A stretch of DNA of 58,654 nt from a virus (Duplodnaviria > Caudoviricetes), in IMG/VR virus record IMGVR_UViG_3300043775_001123, positions 1-58,654 of that record; one strand, 5' to 3'. Of the stretch, positions 9,836-17,537 are shown in pieces. The notes below the pieces were generated by a model. It worked only from the letters and a program-made list of their open reading frames with translations, had not been told where the DNA came from and did no database searches. The position numbers were made by a program, and so were the translations under genes. Numbering within the stretch: the first letter of the stretch is position 1; each line of letters starts with the position of its first letter.

Positions 9836-10498
9836 TTAAAATGGTGTTTTCATTCTTAATTTTCCATCTTCACCTCTATATACATTTGATGGTATCCTCT
9901 CTTTAAGTTTGTCTTTAATTTTATTTTCTTCTTTAAACCAAACAGATTGCATTTTTTGTTTCCAATTATTTACTTGTTTACCTGTACTATCTTTCCAATT
10001 AGCAACATCGTAATAATTAAAAGCTTTCTCTCCAGAGTCAGAAGTATAACCATTTAATATAAAATATTCTTTAACATCAAAAACAGTGGGCGGAACAAAT
10101 TTATTTGTTCTTGGTGTTTTTTTAATATTATTTATTACACTATCATTTACACTTACATTATCATTTACACTTACACTTACACTATCAGTTGAATTTCGTG
10201 TCTTTTCGTTTAACGAATTTGAACGGTCGTTGATTTTCGTTGCTCTAATTTCAGCACTCCTTTTACCTGCTAACTTTCGTTGTTCTAATTGAGACTCCCA
10301 TTTATCTAAATCTCTCTTTAAAGTGTGCTTAATATTTGCAAATACAGCATTGATAACATAGTCATCTGTTTGTGGGTTTTCGTCATTAACATAAGAGAAT
10401 ATATGTTTTATTAATTTACCAGCTACTTCATCAGGAAGATTATCAAATGTTTCTTTCCAGTCGGCATAAGCTATAAATGATTTTTTATTTTCTGCCAT
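9836..10498 (-). CDS. Phage replication initiator (DUF6291-like N-terminus)
   Basis: MAENKKSFIAY...AGKLIKHIFSY; SVSVND linker; FVPPTVFDV...FNYY...NWK C-terminal domain; start moved to the MAEN methionine. Confidence 0.7.
   Translation of the reverse strand: MAENKKSFIAYADWKETFDNLPDEVAGKLIKHIFSYVNDENPQTDDYVINAVFANIKHTLKRDLDKWESQLEQRKLAGKRSAEIRATKINDRSNSLNEKTRNSTDSVSVSVNDNVSVNDSVINNIKKTPRTNKFVPPTVFDVKEYFILNGYTSDSGEKAFNYYDVANWKDSTGKQVNNWKQKMQSVWFKEENKIKDKLKERIPSNVYRGEDGKLRMKTPF
10141..10175. repeat. 17-bp direct repeat (TATCATTTACACTTACA x2) inside the initiator gene, possibly iteron-like
   Basis: Copies at 10141-10157 and 10159-10175 plus partial copies; encodes the SVSVND linker. Confidence 0.4.
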
Positions 10499-10730
10499 AA
10501 TCACCATCTTTAATGTTAACAATAAATTTTTGAACTGAATCTACTATAGCATCGTTTATATCATAAAAACTTTCTAAACCTGATATATCATCTCTATCGC
10601 TTGGCGTTCCAAACATAAATGAATAGCAAGTTGTAAATGTTAAAATTGTAAAGTGTCCTCCGAAATAATCGTCAGCAATTCCTTGAATTAATTTTTGGTT
10701 TGATTCTGAAATTTTAAATGGTTTCTTCAT
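10485..10730 (-). CDS. Hypothetical protein
   Basis: First ORF after the structured leader. Confidence 0.6.
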   Translation of the reverse strand: MKKPFKISESNQKLIQGIADDYFGGHFTILTFTTCYSFMFGTPSDRDDISGLESFYDINDAIVDSVQKFIVNIKDGDYGRK

Positions 10731-10751
10731 TTTGCTTATATTTTAATTATT

Positions 10752-10868
10752 AAAAACAAAAAATCCCAACAAGAATGGCAGGACAAAAGTGTGAGATGTG
10801 CCAATCCAGTTAGGATTATTTATTATATTTTCAGTATGTCTGTTATACGCATCTCACCTCGAATAACA
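10752..10868 (-). promoter_or_regulatory. Structured 5' leader: hairpin plus terminator-like hairpin with complementary loops
   Basis: Loop GUGAGAUG of hairpin 1 is complementary to CAUCUCAC in the loop of hairpin 2, which is followed by a U tract. Confidence 0.6.
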
Positions 10869-10871
10869 CCG

Positions 10872-10879
10872 CAAAGATA
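10872..10879 (-). promoter_or_regulatory. Bacteroidota -7 promoter element (TATCTTTG) for the replication operon
   Basis: Matches TAnnTTTG; a second match TAACTTTG at 10900-10907. Confidence 0.6.
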
Positions 10880-10920
10880 CAAAATTATTTAATACGTTTC
10901 AAAGTTAAAGTTATTAACAA

Positions 10921-11062
10921 AAGCCTGTCTCTCCAGACTGTCAATCATATTGTGATTTGTAGCCTATTATGAGAATTATTCCTACCGCCTAAGACTACAG
11001 AGACACGACCATCACAACCATCTACTTTAGAGATTTGCTAAAGATTTCCTACTAAGTGGTAG
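10921..11062 (-). ncRNA. Candidate structured RNA downstream of the tRNA-like gene
   Basis: Nested stems TTGTGAT/ATCACAA and TGTAGTCT/AGGCTACA, two small hairpins, 3' hairpin GTCTG-GAGAGA-CAGGC; no ORF. Confidence 0.45.
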
Positions 11063-11070
11063 TTTTTTAG

Positions 11071-11197
11071 GTCAGGTGAAAGGATTCGAACCTTTAATTT
11101 AATGTATCCAGTAGATACGAGCGTCTGACCAAGTCATAATAGGAATTAAACACCTTAACGATTTAACTCACATTATAAGCATTCCGCCACACCTGAC
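11071..11197 (-). tRNA. Atypical tRNA-like RNA with a 45-nt hairpin in the D-loop (nominal anticodon ACT; G-1:C73)
   Basis: Acceptor (G)TCAGGTG/CACCTGA(C), TGGCGGAAT...TGGTCAGACGC D-arm, T-arm AAAGG-TTCGAAT-CCTTT; promoter directly upstream. Confidence 0.6.
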
Positions 11198-11205
11198 TTG
11201 AATTA

Positions 11206-11213
11206 CAAATGTA
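11206..11213 (-). promoter_or_regulatory. Bacteroidota -7 element (TACATTTG) for the tRNA-like RNA
   Basis: Matches TAnnTTTG, 8 nt before the RNA 5' end. Confidence 0.55.
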
Positions 11214-11235
11214 AACAAATTTGTTTACACTCCAG

Positions 11236-11388
11236 TTAATAATTCTGTAAATCTTCTATATCAGGTTCATATTCAAATTCATCCTCTTCATCATCTACAA
11301 AATCACAATGTTCCATACATCCTGGACATAAATCTATTTCCGATGCGTACTCACTATAAGCACCACAGCAATTACTAACTAATCCCAT
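11236..11388 (-). CDS. Small Zn-binding acidic protein (SNCCGA...CPGCMEHC), not in ORF track
   Basis: 50-aa ORF with Cys cluster and acidic tail. Confidence 0.65.
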   Translation of the reverse strand: MGLVSNCCGAYSEYASEIDLCPGCMEHCDFVDDEEDEFEYEPDIEDLQNY

Positions 11389-11390
11389 AT

Positions 11391-11936
11391 CTATTTGTTT
11401 TTAAGTTCTTTAATCTTCTGCAAATACAAAATTGCATCCATCAATTCTTCTTGTAGATGGTTATAAAAATCATCTGTATTGTTTTCAGCAAGGGTTGTAC
11501 CATACTTTTCAATACCTACACGACTTCTTTGTAGAAACTTATCTATGACACTATTTACTATAGGATCAATTTTCACATACTCATCTTTGTAAGGCACAAC
11601 CTCTGGTTCATTAACCTTAACATCTAAAGCTTCATCTAAGAAGAATGGGTTACTATTTAATGCTTTTGAAGACAATCCATTCATACAAGCATCTTCATTT
11701 AGTTGATTTAACTTATACAAAATAGGGTTTTCTTCTTTAAGTCTTTCTAACAATGAGTTTTCAGCCTCAATAAATTTTCCATCATAAACCAATATCCAAT
11801 AATCTAAACCCTCTGTTGCGTCAGACCAATCGAAAGCATTCATAATTGTTTTAGGTTTATATCCACACCTCCATTGCTTCTTAATATTAATCTTAGCTCT
11901 CTTCTTAATTACGCTTGGTAAATTCTTAATCTTCAT
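11391..11936 (-). CDS. Hypothetical protein with C-terminal MazG-like helical domain
   Basis: RSRVGIEKYGTTL...HLQEELMDAILY. Confidence 0.5.
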   Translation of the reverse strand: MKIKNLPSVIKKRAKINIKKQWRCGYKPKTIMNAFDWSDATEGLDYWILVYDGKFIEAENSLLERLKEENPILYKLNQLNEDACMNGLSSKALNSNPFFLDEALDVKVNEPEVVPYKDEYVKIDPIVNSVIDKFLQRSRVGIEKYGTTLAENNTDDFYNHLQEELMDAILYLQKIKELKNK

Positions 11937-11987
11937 CTTATTATATAAATTATAGTTAATATTATTATTATTGGCGGTATTATAACC

Positions 11988-12296
11988 CTAAGAAACCTTC
12001 GCAAATCCATAGTAATCTGCTGTTTGTCTGTATAGATTAAATATTTCCTCTTCTGCCTCATTTTGAGTTGAGTAAACTACCCTATTAATTGGTGTATCTT
12101 TCTTGCTTACATCAATTCTTTTATATGTAATTGTATGTTTAAGTGCTTGTTGCTTGTCATCTAGGTTATACTTTACAACATTAAAACCACCAATACATTT
12201 CTCTACAGCAAAGGCAATGTTTGCATTTTTAATTACCTCGTGTACATTTACCATATCCATCTCGCTTGGGTAGTAATCTTTTCTTTTTTTATTCAT
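11988..12296 (-). CDS. Hypothetical protein
   Basis: Coupled ORF. Confidence 0.55.
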   Translation of the reverse strand: MNKKRKDYYPSEMDMVNVHEVIKNANIAFAVEKCIGGFNVVKYNLDDKQQALKHTITYKRIDVSKKDTPINRVVYSTQNEAEEEIFNLYRQTADYYGFAKVS

Positions 12297-12958
12297 AATT
12301 TAACGCTTTTTATTATTTCTTCACACAATTGTTGAGGTATTTTAGATCTATCATAACTACACTTTCTACCTTGTGTGCCTGTTTTTGACCCCCTTCTTGA
12401 ACTTTCGTGATGACAATGTTTATCAATTATATTACCTTCTTTGTCATACTTATAATTATGGCACTCTTCTCTTGGAGTCCAATTGTTTGAATTAGTCCAT
12501 ATATCTGTTGGTTTGGCTCTATCGTCACCATATTTGCAATACCATACAGTGTGTCTATTAAAATCCCTCATCCAATCCATATGTCTTAAAACTCCTCTTG
12601 GATTTTCTATAAAGAAAATCATATTAGGATTAATAACCAACCATTCTTTTATTAAGTTAATCCAATGTTTGTTAACACTATCGCACTTAATAGCATAATC
12701 GCTTTTAGGTGATCTATCAATGTTTCTGTGTTTTGATACAGCCGCTATACTATAAGTTGTGCAGTCAGGAGATGCCCAAACAACATCAGGAGTAAATGGT
12801 ATGTCTTTTAAATTTAAGCAACCTATGTCTGCGACTAAGTCTATATTTTCATAAGGAGTCCAATCTACAGAAAACACTTCAATATTATTTTTTTCAGCCT
12901 CAATACCTATGCTTCTTGAACCAGCAAAAAGCTCTAATAGTTTTACTTTATTACTCAT
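12293..12958 (-). CDS. Short DNA cytosine methyltransferase-like protein
   Basis: LELFAG (motif I), WASPDC (motif IV), IENP (motif VI), YCKYG..RAKPTDIW; start moved to MSNK. Confidence 0.75.
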   Translation of the reverse strand: MSNKVKLLELFAGSRSIGIEAEKNNIEVFSVDWTPYENIDLVADIGCLNLKDIPFTPDVVWASPDCTTYSIAAVSKHRNIDRSPKSDYAIKCDSVNKHWINLIKEWLVINPNMIFFIENPRGVLRHMDWMRDFNRHTVWYCKYGDDRAKPTDIWTNSNNWTPREECHNYKYDKEGNIIDKHCHHESSRRGSKTGTQGRKCSYDRSKIPQQLCEEIIKSVKL

Positions 12959-13664
12959 AATTTGCTTCTTGTAATTCAATTTTTACATTTAGATTATCTA
13001 ATAACTTAACCTGTACATAGTTCTTAATGAAATTCTTTTGCCATCTTGAACCATATACCTCTCTATATATTCTGCACGTAGCTATAAAGTGATTTTTAGA
13101 TTGATTTAAGGCACTTTCTGCTTTCTTTAGTCCTTTGCCTTTAACACCACTAATTGAGTCCGTAGAATCACCTTGAATCATTTGCTTCCAGAAGTTATAG
13201 TTAGCCTCACTTTCACTTATTTCTGTAACCTCTCCAAATCTATTGTAGTAGGTGTCAAATATTGTTATAGGAAATTGACGAAGGTCTTTATCCATACTTG
13301 CGATTAATACTTCTGTAAATGGATATTCTTCTTTACATTTATTCCACATAGATATTATTACATCATCTGTTTCATATCCACCAAGACCATAACCACTCCA
13401 ATTATTTGTGATGTATTCTTTTATCTCCTTGTAGAAGTTTGGTAATGGTTTTCCCTTACGACCAATCTTGTATGATGATACTATTTTCTTCCTGAAGTTA
13501 TTGTTGTATGGTTTTTCTATAAGTACCATATAGTGTGATGCTCCAGATGTAGATACAATATTTGATATTGCAGTATCTACCTTGTCGTAAGCTTGCTCTA
13601 CTTCTTCGCAGTTTGAACCTATGTAGCACATCGAATCTGCGTCTATAATTATAATCTTCTCCAT
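12951..13664 (-). CDS. 5'-3' exonuclease/RNase H (T7 gp6/PolI-like)
   Basis: IDAD, YKxGR, ETDD, DKDLRQ, GDSTDSISGVKGKG helix-hairpin. Confidence 0.85.
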   Translation of the reverse strand: MEKIIIIDADSMCYIGSNCEEVEQAYDKVDTAISNIVSTSGASHYMVLIEKPYNNNFRKKIVSSYKIGRKGKPLPNFYKEIKEYITNNWSGYGLGGYETDDVIISMWNKCKEEYPFTEVLIASMDKDLRQFPITIFDTYYNRFGEVTEISESEANYNFWKQMIQGDSTDSISGVKGKGLKKAESALNQSKNHFIATCRIYREVYGSRWQKNFIKNYVQVKLLDNLNVKIELQEANYE

Positions 13665-13681
13665 AATTTAAAAAGGGCTAA

Positions 13682-14266
13682 TTAAAGCCCTAGTTCTTTT
13701 CGTTGTTCTACAGTTAACTCATACTTCTCATTAAGAATCTTAATTGTTCCTTCTTTATCTTTTGCTAACATTTCTTTTACCTTAGATAAGTCAGAGATTG
13801 TAGCCTTTGTTGAGTGCGATGTTTTTGTTTCTTTAGAAGGTTTAGAAACTTCTTTATCGTGTGTGTTATATCCATCAGCATCAATTGTGTCATCAATTGC
13901 AAATAAACCATTAGCGGCATACTTTCTTGCGTATGAAGAAGTTGATCCAGTTAATTGACTACTATCCATTCCCTTCTTATTTTCTTCCTCTCTAGCATAA
14001 CCTCTTACTGATAAACTATCATCTGCAAAATGAATTGTAGCCTCTGCCTCTACATACACCCTACCGCCTACTTCAACCATTGTATCTGAAAGTGTAAACG
14101 TACACCCAGTTTCTTTTAGAAGTGGTTTTACACCAGCTAATATACCTTCAAGGTTTCTGTATGAGTATTTACCAAACGAGTTGTATAAATTCTTTGGTGC
14201 GTTAAGAGTTGTTTGAATGTAATTTAACTTCTCTTGTAATGTTTCTGTTTTTTTTGTTGTTGCCAT
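13682..14266 (-). CDS. erf: ERF-family ssDNA annealing protein
   Basis: APKNLYNSFGKYSYR, QLTGSTSSYARKYA..GLFAI.D..DAD. Confidence 0.9.
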   Translation of the reverse strand: MATTKKTETLQEKLNYIQTTLNAPKNLYNSFGKYSYRNLEGILAGVKPLLKETGCTFTLSDTMVEVGGRVYVEAEATIHFADDSLSVRGYAREEENKKGMDSSQLTGSTSSYARKYAANGLFAIDDTIDADGYNTHDKEVSKPSKETKTSHSTKATISDLSKVKEMLAKDKEGTIKILNEKYELTVEQRKELGL

Positions 14267-14280
14267 AATTAAATTAGATT

Positions 14281-14307
14281 AAAAAAGGCTACCGATATGA
14301 TAGCCTT
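14281..14307 (-). terminator. Intrinsic terminator after ssb
   Basis: AAGGCTATC-ATATC-GGTAGCCTT followed by a U run. Confidence 0.7.
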
Positions 14308-14337
14308 GTGTAGTTGTGTGTTTTAATGAAAAGCTTT

Positions 14338-14622
14338 TTAGAATGGTAAATCATTATCTTTAGCTGGTGCAGATGCCTTACTTTGTGGTTTTGAATCATC
14401 ACTCCAAAGTTTTTTACCATTACCTAAGAAGTTACGAGATGCCTTAGCCTCACGATCCTCCTTACTTTGTGACTGCCATAAGGAAACATTGTTACCAAAT
14501 TTGTCATCTTCATCATTTACTGATAATGTAACATTAACATACTTACCACCATTTTTACCTTCGATGATTTGAGACTTGTCAATCTTTGTTAGGTCGATAC
14601 TAACTGCTAGCAATTGTGCCAT
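14338..14622 (-). CDS. ssb: Bacteroidota-phage single-stranded DNA-binding protein
   Basis: IDLTKIDK..GKNGGKY, acidic C-terminal DLPF tail, next to ERF. Confidence 0.65.
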   Translation of the reverse strand: MAQLLAVSIDLTKIDKSQIIEGKNGGKYVNVTLSVNDEDDKFGNNVSLWQSQSKEDREAKASRNFLGNGKKLWSDDSKPQSKASAPAKDNDLPF

Positions 14623-14681
14623 AATAAAATAATTTATGTTTTGCCTACCTTGTTTTGCTCCTGTCGGCTATTGAACTTATG

Positions 14682-14689
14682 CAAATATA
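14682..14689 (-). promoter_or_regulatory. Bacteroidota -7 element (TATATTTG) for ssb-erf-exonuclease
   Basis: TAnnTTTG match in an intergenic gap. Confidence 0.55.
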
Positions 14690-14715
14690 ACTATAATATT
14701 TTAATATACAAGTAA

Positions 14716-14883
14716 TTACTCTAAACTTTTTTGCATTTCTTGGTAATACCATTCCTCTCTGCCAAATGTTTCTTTAAGTGAATCAATTATCCTTTGTGTC
14801 TTGTGGAATAAATATATATTCTCTGTCTGCTCAGCTAAGTCAAGTATCTCTTGTAGTTCAGCTATTATTTGTGGTTTATTCAT
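14716..14883 (-). CDS. Hypothetical protein
   Basis: Start moved to MNKPQ, overlapping the upstream stop. Confidence 0.5.
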   Translation of the reverse strand: MNKPQIIAELQEILDLAEQTENIYLFHKTQRIIDSLKETFGREEWYYQEMQKSLE

Positions 14884-15106
14884 CTTTGTTAAATGTTTCG
14901 TTGTAGTATTGTTCTGCTTCAATTATATATTCATTTTTACTACAGGTATCCAACAAAGGAGCTGTTACTCTTGCCTCAATAATCTGTTGCTTTTCTATTT
15001 GTTTGGCTTGTTTAAAATATTCTCTCTTGTCAATATCATATAAAGCGCTTCTTGGAATCATTCTTTCCAATCTTTCGTATAACCATTCTGATGCTGTTTG
15101 TTTCAT
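14876..15106 (-). CDS. Small Flavobacteriia-phage protein (MKQTAxEWL...AEQYYNETF type)
   Basis: Recurrent N- and C-terminal motifs, recognised from memory. Confidence 0.6.
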   Translation of the reverse strand: MKQTASEWLYERLERMIPRSALYDIDKREYFKQAKQIEKQQIIEARVTAPLLDTCSKNEYIIEAEQYYNETFNKDE

Positions 15107-15117
15107 ATATTACTAAT

Positions 15118-15333
15118 TTAATCTCCAGAATCTACTCTATAAGTTACTTTAATTATTTCTCCATCAAGTTCTACATCAAATGAATGTTCGTGGTCGCATC
15201 TACCATTATCCGTTGACTTCCTTGTACCTGGTATTTCTATTTTACGCAACTCTTTGTATATATCACCCCACTTCTTATTCCATCCATTTGCATAACCTAA
15301 GTATATCTTTTTATCTTTTACTAATTCTTTCAT
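15118..15333 (-). CDS. Hypothetical protein (YLGYANGW...VDSGD)
   Basis: ORF in early gene array. Confidence 0.55.
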   Translation of the reverse strand: MKELVKDKKIYLGYANGWNKKWGDIYKELRKIEIPGTRKSTDNGRCDHEHSFDVELDGEIIKVTYRVDSGD

Positions 15334-15505
15334 ACTCTTTAATTTTAAAGTTAAACAATTGCTTTCTTACTTCAATCCAATACTCAAACCTATCTAAAGG
15401 TCCTCTTGATTCAATGTTTTCAACTATAACTTCATTAGCTAATAATGTAGCTGCATAAACACCAATCTCGTTTATTAATTGATTTACTTTTTCTGTTTCT
15501 GTCAT
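15311..15505 (-). CDS. Hypothetical protein
   Basis: Coupled ORF. Confidence 0.5.
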   Translation of the reverse strand: MTETEKVNQLINEIGVYAATLLANEVIVENIESRGPLDRFEYWIEVRKQLFNFKIKEYERISKR

Positions 15506-15690
15506 AATACTTCTATTTTTATTTTCTTATTAATGTTATCACATATCTCTTGTAGCTTATTGAAACTAATGTCGCATTGATAGTTTACCCAATGATTAAT
15601 TGAACTATAACTTTGCCTGCTCTTTAAGGCGAATTCCTTTTGATTTAAGCCACTATCTTCTATTAATTCTATAAGTATATCGTTTAACAT
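15502..15690 (-). CDS. XRE-family HTH protein
   Basis: GLNQKEFALKSRQSYSSINHW...ISFNKLQEIC. Confidence 0.7.
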   Translation of the reverse strand: MLNDILIELIEDSGLNQKEFALKSRQSYSSINHWVNYQCDISFNKLQEICDNINKKIKIEVL

Positions 15691-16016
15691 TCTTCTATCC
15701 TTACAAGTTCATATCCAGCGTCTGCAATATATTTCTTCCAGTAGTTCTTAGCTTTAAAACCAAAGTGTTCAGACATCTCTGCTACTGATTCAAACTCTAA
15801 AGGATTCCCTTTCTTATCTTGAAGTACATATATCTTTTCAATGTTTCTATTTACAAGGTCTGATGGATCAGGTTCTCCATTATCTATTATATACTGAACT
15901 GATTTAAAATCTTTCTCTGTGAATTGATTGAAAACCTTTCTATTTAATCTGTGCTTATCATATTTTCTTAATATCTCTGCAACTTGTAGTACTGATGGTC
16001 TTTTATTGTTTGTCAT
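15684..16016 (-). CDS. Hypothetical protein (NUMOD1-like C-terminus)
   Basis: EFESVAEMSEHFG. Confidence 0.45.
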   Translation of the reverse strand: MTNNKRPSVLQVAEILRKYDKHRLNRKVFNQFTEKDFKSVQYIIDNGEPDPSDLVNRNIEKIYVLQDKKGNPLEFESVAEMSEHFGFKAKNYWKKYIADAGYELVRIEEC

Positions 16017-16019
16017 ATA

Positions 16020-16241
16020 TTATAATTTATCTAAAATTTCTTTATTGTCAACTATTTTGCTCAGTTTACTTACCGAATCTTTATCTCTTAATATGTAAGA
16101 CATTAAGTTTATTTTATCGTATGTAATTTCTTTGCCAAAAGATGTTGAGAGCGAATCTTTTAACACCTTAAACTCATTGTAGTTGAAGTTATTTATAGGT
16201 TCTTTATTTGAAGATACCCATCTGCCGTTAATTATTTCCAT
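16020..16241 (-). CDS. Hypothetical protein
   Basis: Coupled ORF. Confidence 0.55.
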   Translation of the reverse strand: MEIINGRWVSSNKEPINNFNYNEFKVLKDSLSTSFGKEITYDKINLMSYILRDKDSVSKLSKIVDNKEILDKL

Positions 16242-16668
16242 ATCTTATTTGTTTTTAAATTTATTAAACCATTTTAAATGTACTTATGATATAAATTTGC
16301 TATTTTTTGATTAATGCCATAATCAAGTAAAATATAATTCTTACCTTCCATTCCCCAATTTTCAGTGTTATGTAAATCACAGTTACTAAAATCAAACTCA
16401 GGAACTTTTGATTTAATACGTCTTACAAATATATTAGGAATTGTTAATAATTCTGTGTCATATCTTTTTTGACATACTATACCTAGATACATCCATTTTA
16501 ATTCTGCCAATGATGTAATATCTTTATATTTATTCCAAATATATTTTTCATTGAGTCCTTGTAGATAACCTCTTTTGTTTATAGGAATTTTAATGACTAT
16601 GTTTTTTAAAACAATTACTAATCTTGTTGAGTATTTTAATGAAATCATAATCTTATTTGTTTTTAAAT
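16242..16668. repeat. 19-bp direct repeat ATCTTATTTGTTTTTAAAT flanking the mini kinase
   Basis: Identical copies at 16242-16260 and 16650-16668. Confidence 0.8.
16274..16648 (-). CDS. Minimal protein-kinase-like protein
   Basis: VIK lysine, NE helix C glutamate, DLHxxEN catalytic loop, LLDYG. Confidence 0.65.
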   Translation of the reverse strand: MISLKYSTRLVIVLKNIVIKIPINKRGYLQGLNEKYIWNKYKDITSLAELKWMYLGIVCQKRYDTELLTIPNIFVRRIKSKVPEFDFSNCDLHNTENWGMEGKNYILLDYGINQKIANLYHKYI

Positions 16669-16758
16669 ATTAATATTACTCCTAATAAAACCATAAGGGC
16701 TTTGCCAAACAAAACCCCTATTGCAATTATAAAATATTTTATTAACCTCATAAGCATT

Positions 16759-16944
16759 TTAATTTAAAGTTTCTAATATATCTACATTGTGTATAACACT
16801 TGCTTGTAAGTCTAGACTTGGTAGATCGAATGCTATAAGGTTATTCCAGGAGTTACTCTTAGGATTGAATACTATTAACTCAAAGCCTTCTTCTACCTCA
16901 CTAACAATTATTAATTCTTTGTGTACTCTATCCATACAATTCAT
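16759..16944 (-). CDS. Hypothetical protein
   Basis: Coupled ORF. Confidence 0.5.
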   Translation of the reverse strand: MNCMDRVHKELIIVSEVEEGFELIVFNPKSNSWNNLIAFDLPSLDLQASVIHNVDILETLN

Positions 16945-17134
16945 TTACTATTAAACTATTTATCTCATCTATATCTACCTCTGATAGTATTGGTGTTATA
17001 TCTACACCTTCGTATGTGATGTAGTGTATCTCAACATCAGGATATTCAGGTGGATTTTCTCTTGTTGCTGTGTAGTACTCACCAATTTCTTCGTAGTCTA
17101 CCTCTATTACTTGTCCTCTATAAAGTATCCTCAT
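16928..17134 (-). CDS. Small acidic hypothetical protein
   Basis: TRENPPEYPDVEI motif; coupled ORF. Confidence 0.55.
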   Translation of the reverse strand: MRILYRGQVIEVDYEEIGEYYTATRENPPEYPDVEIHYITYEGVDITPILSEVDIDEINSLIVNELYG

Positions 17135-17333
17135 AATATTCTTTTTTAAATTCTAATAATAACTGATTCATATCAGAAAGCCTTAGTGTATTATAGTTTA
17201 AATCACACCACTCTGCAAATTTAATTGCAAATATATCATTTTCTTTTTCTTGATGCTCAACACCTTTTATAAAACCATAACTACCATTCGTGTATTCATA
17301 GTCTTGTGCCAAGTCTTTTACTTGTTGTCTCAT
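17118..17333 (-). CDS. Small phage protein (FAIKFAEW type)
   Basis: Coupled ORF. Confidence 0.55.
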   Translation of the reverse strand: MRQQVKDLAQDYEYTNGSYGFIKGVEHQEKENDIFAIKFAEWCDLNYNTLRLSDMNQLLLEFKKEYYEDTL

Positions 17334-17535
17334 AACTCTTAATTTTATTAATTAAATACTTTGTAACATTACTTACACTTTTTTCACTTATACTATCTTC
17401 GCCTGCTTCTTCTAATAGCTCAAAGATAAAATCATTACCACTAATTAAGTCAGTAGTTATTAAGTGTTCTAACAATGCTTCGTCACCTTCAGACACATTG
17501 TATAACCAAGATTGGTATGCTGTTGGTCTTTCCAT
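17296..17535 (-). CDS. Hypothetical protein
   Basis: Coupled ORF. Confidence 0.5.
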   Translation of the reverse strand: MERPTAYQSWLYNVSEGDEALLEHLITTDLISGNDFIFELLEEAGEDSISEKSVSNVTKYLINKIKSYETTSKRLGTRL

Positions 17536-17537
17536 AG

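Noticed and set aside
11020-11070. tRNA-associated HDV-like (theta) ribozyme after the tRNA-like gene
   Set aside because: Could not build the nested double pseudoknot by eye
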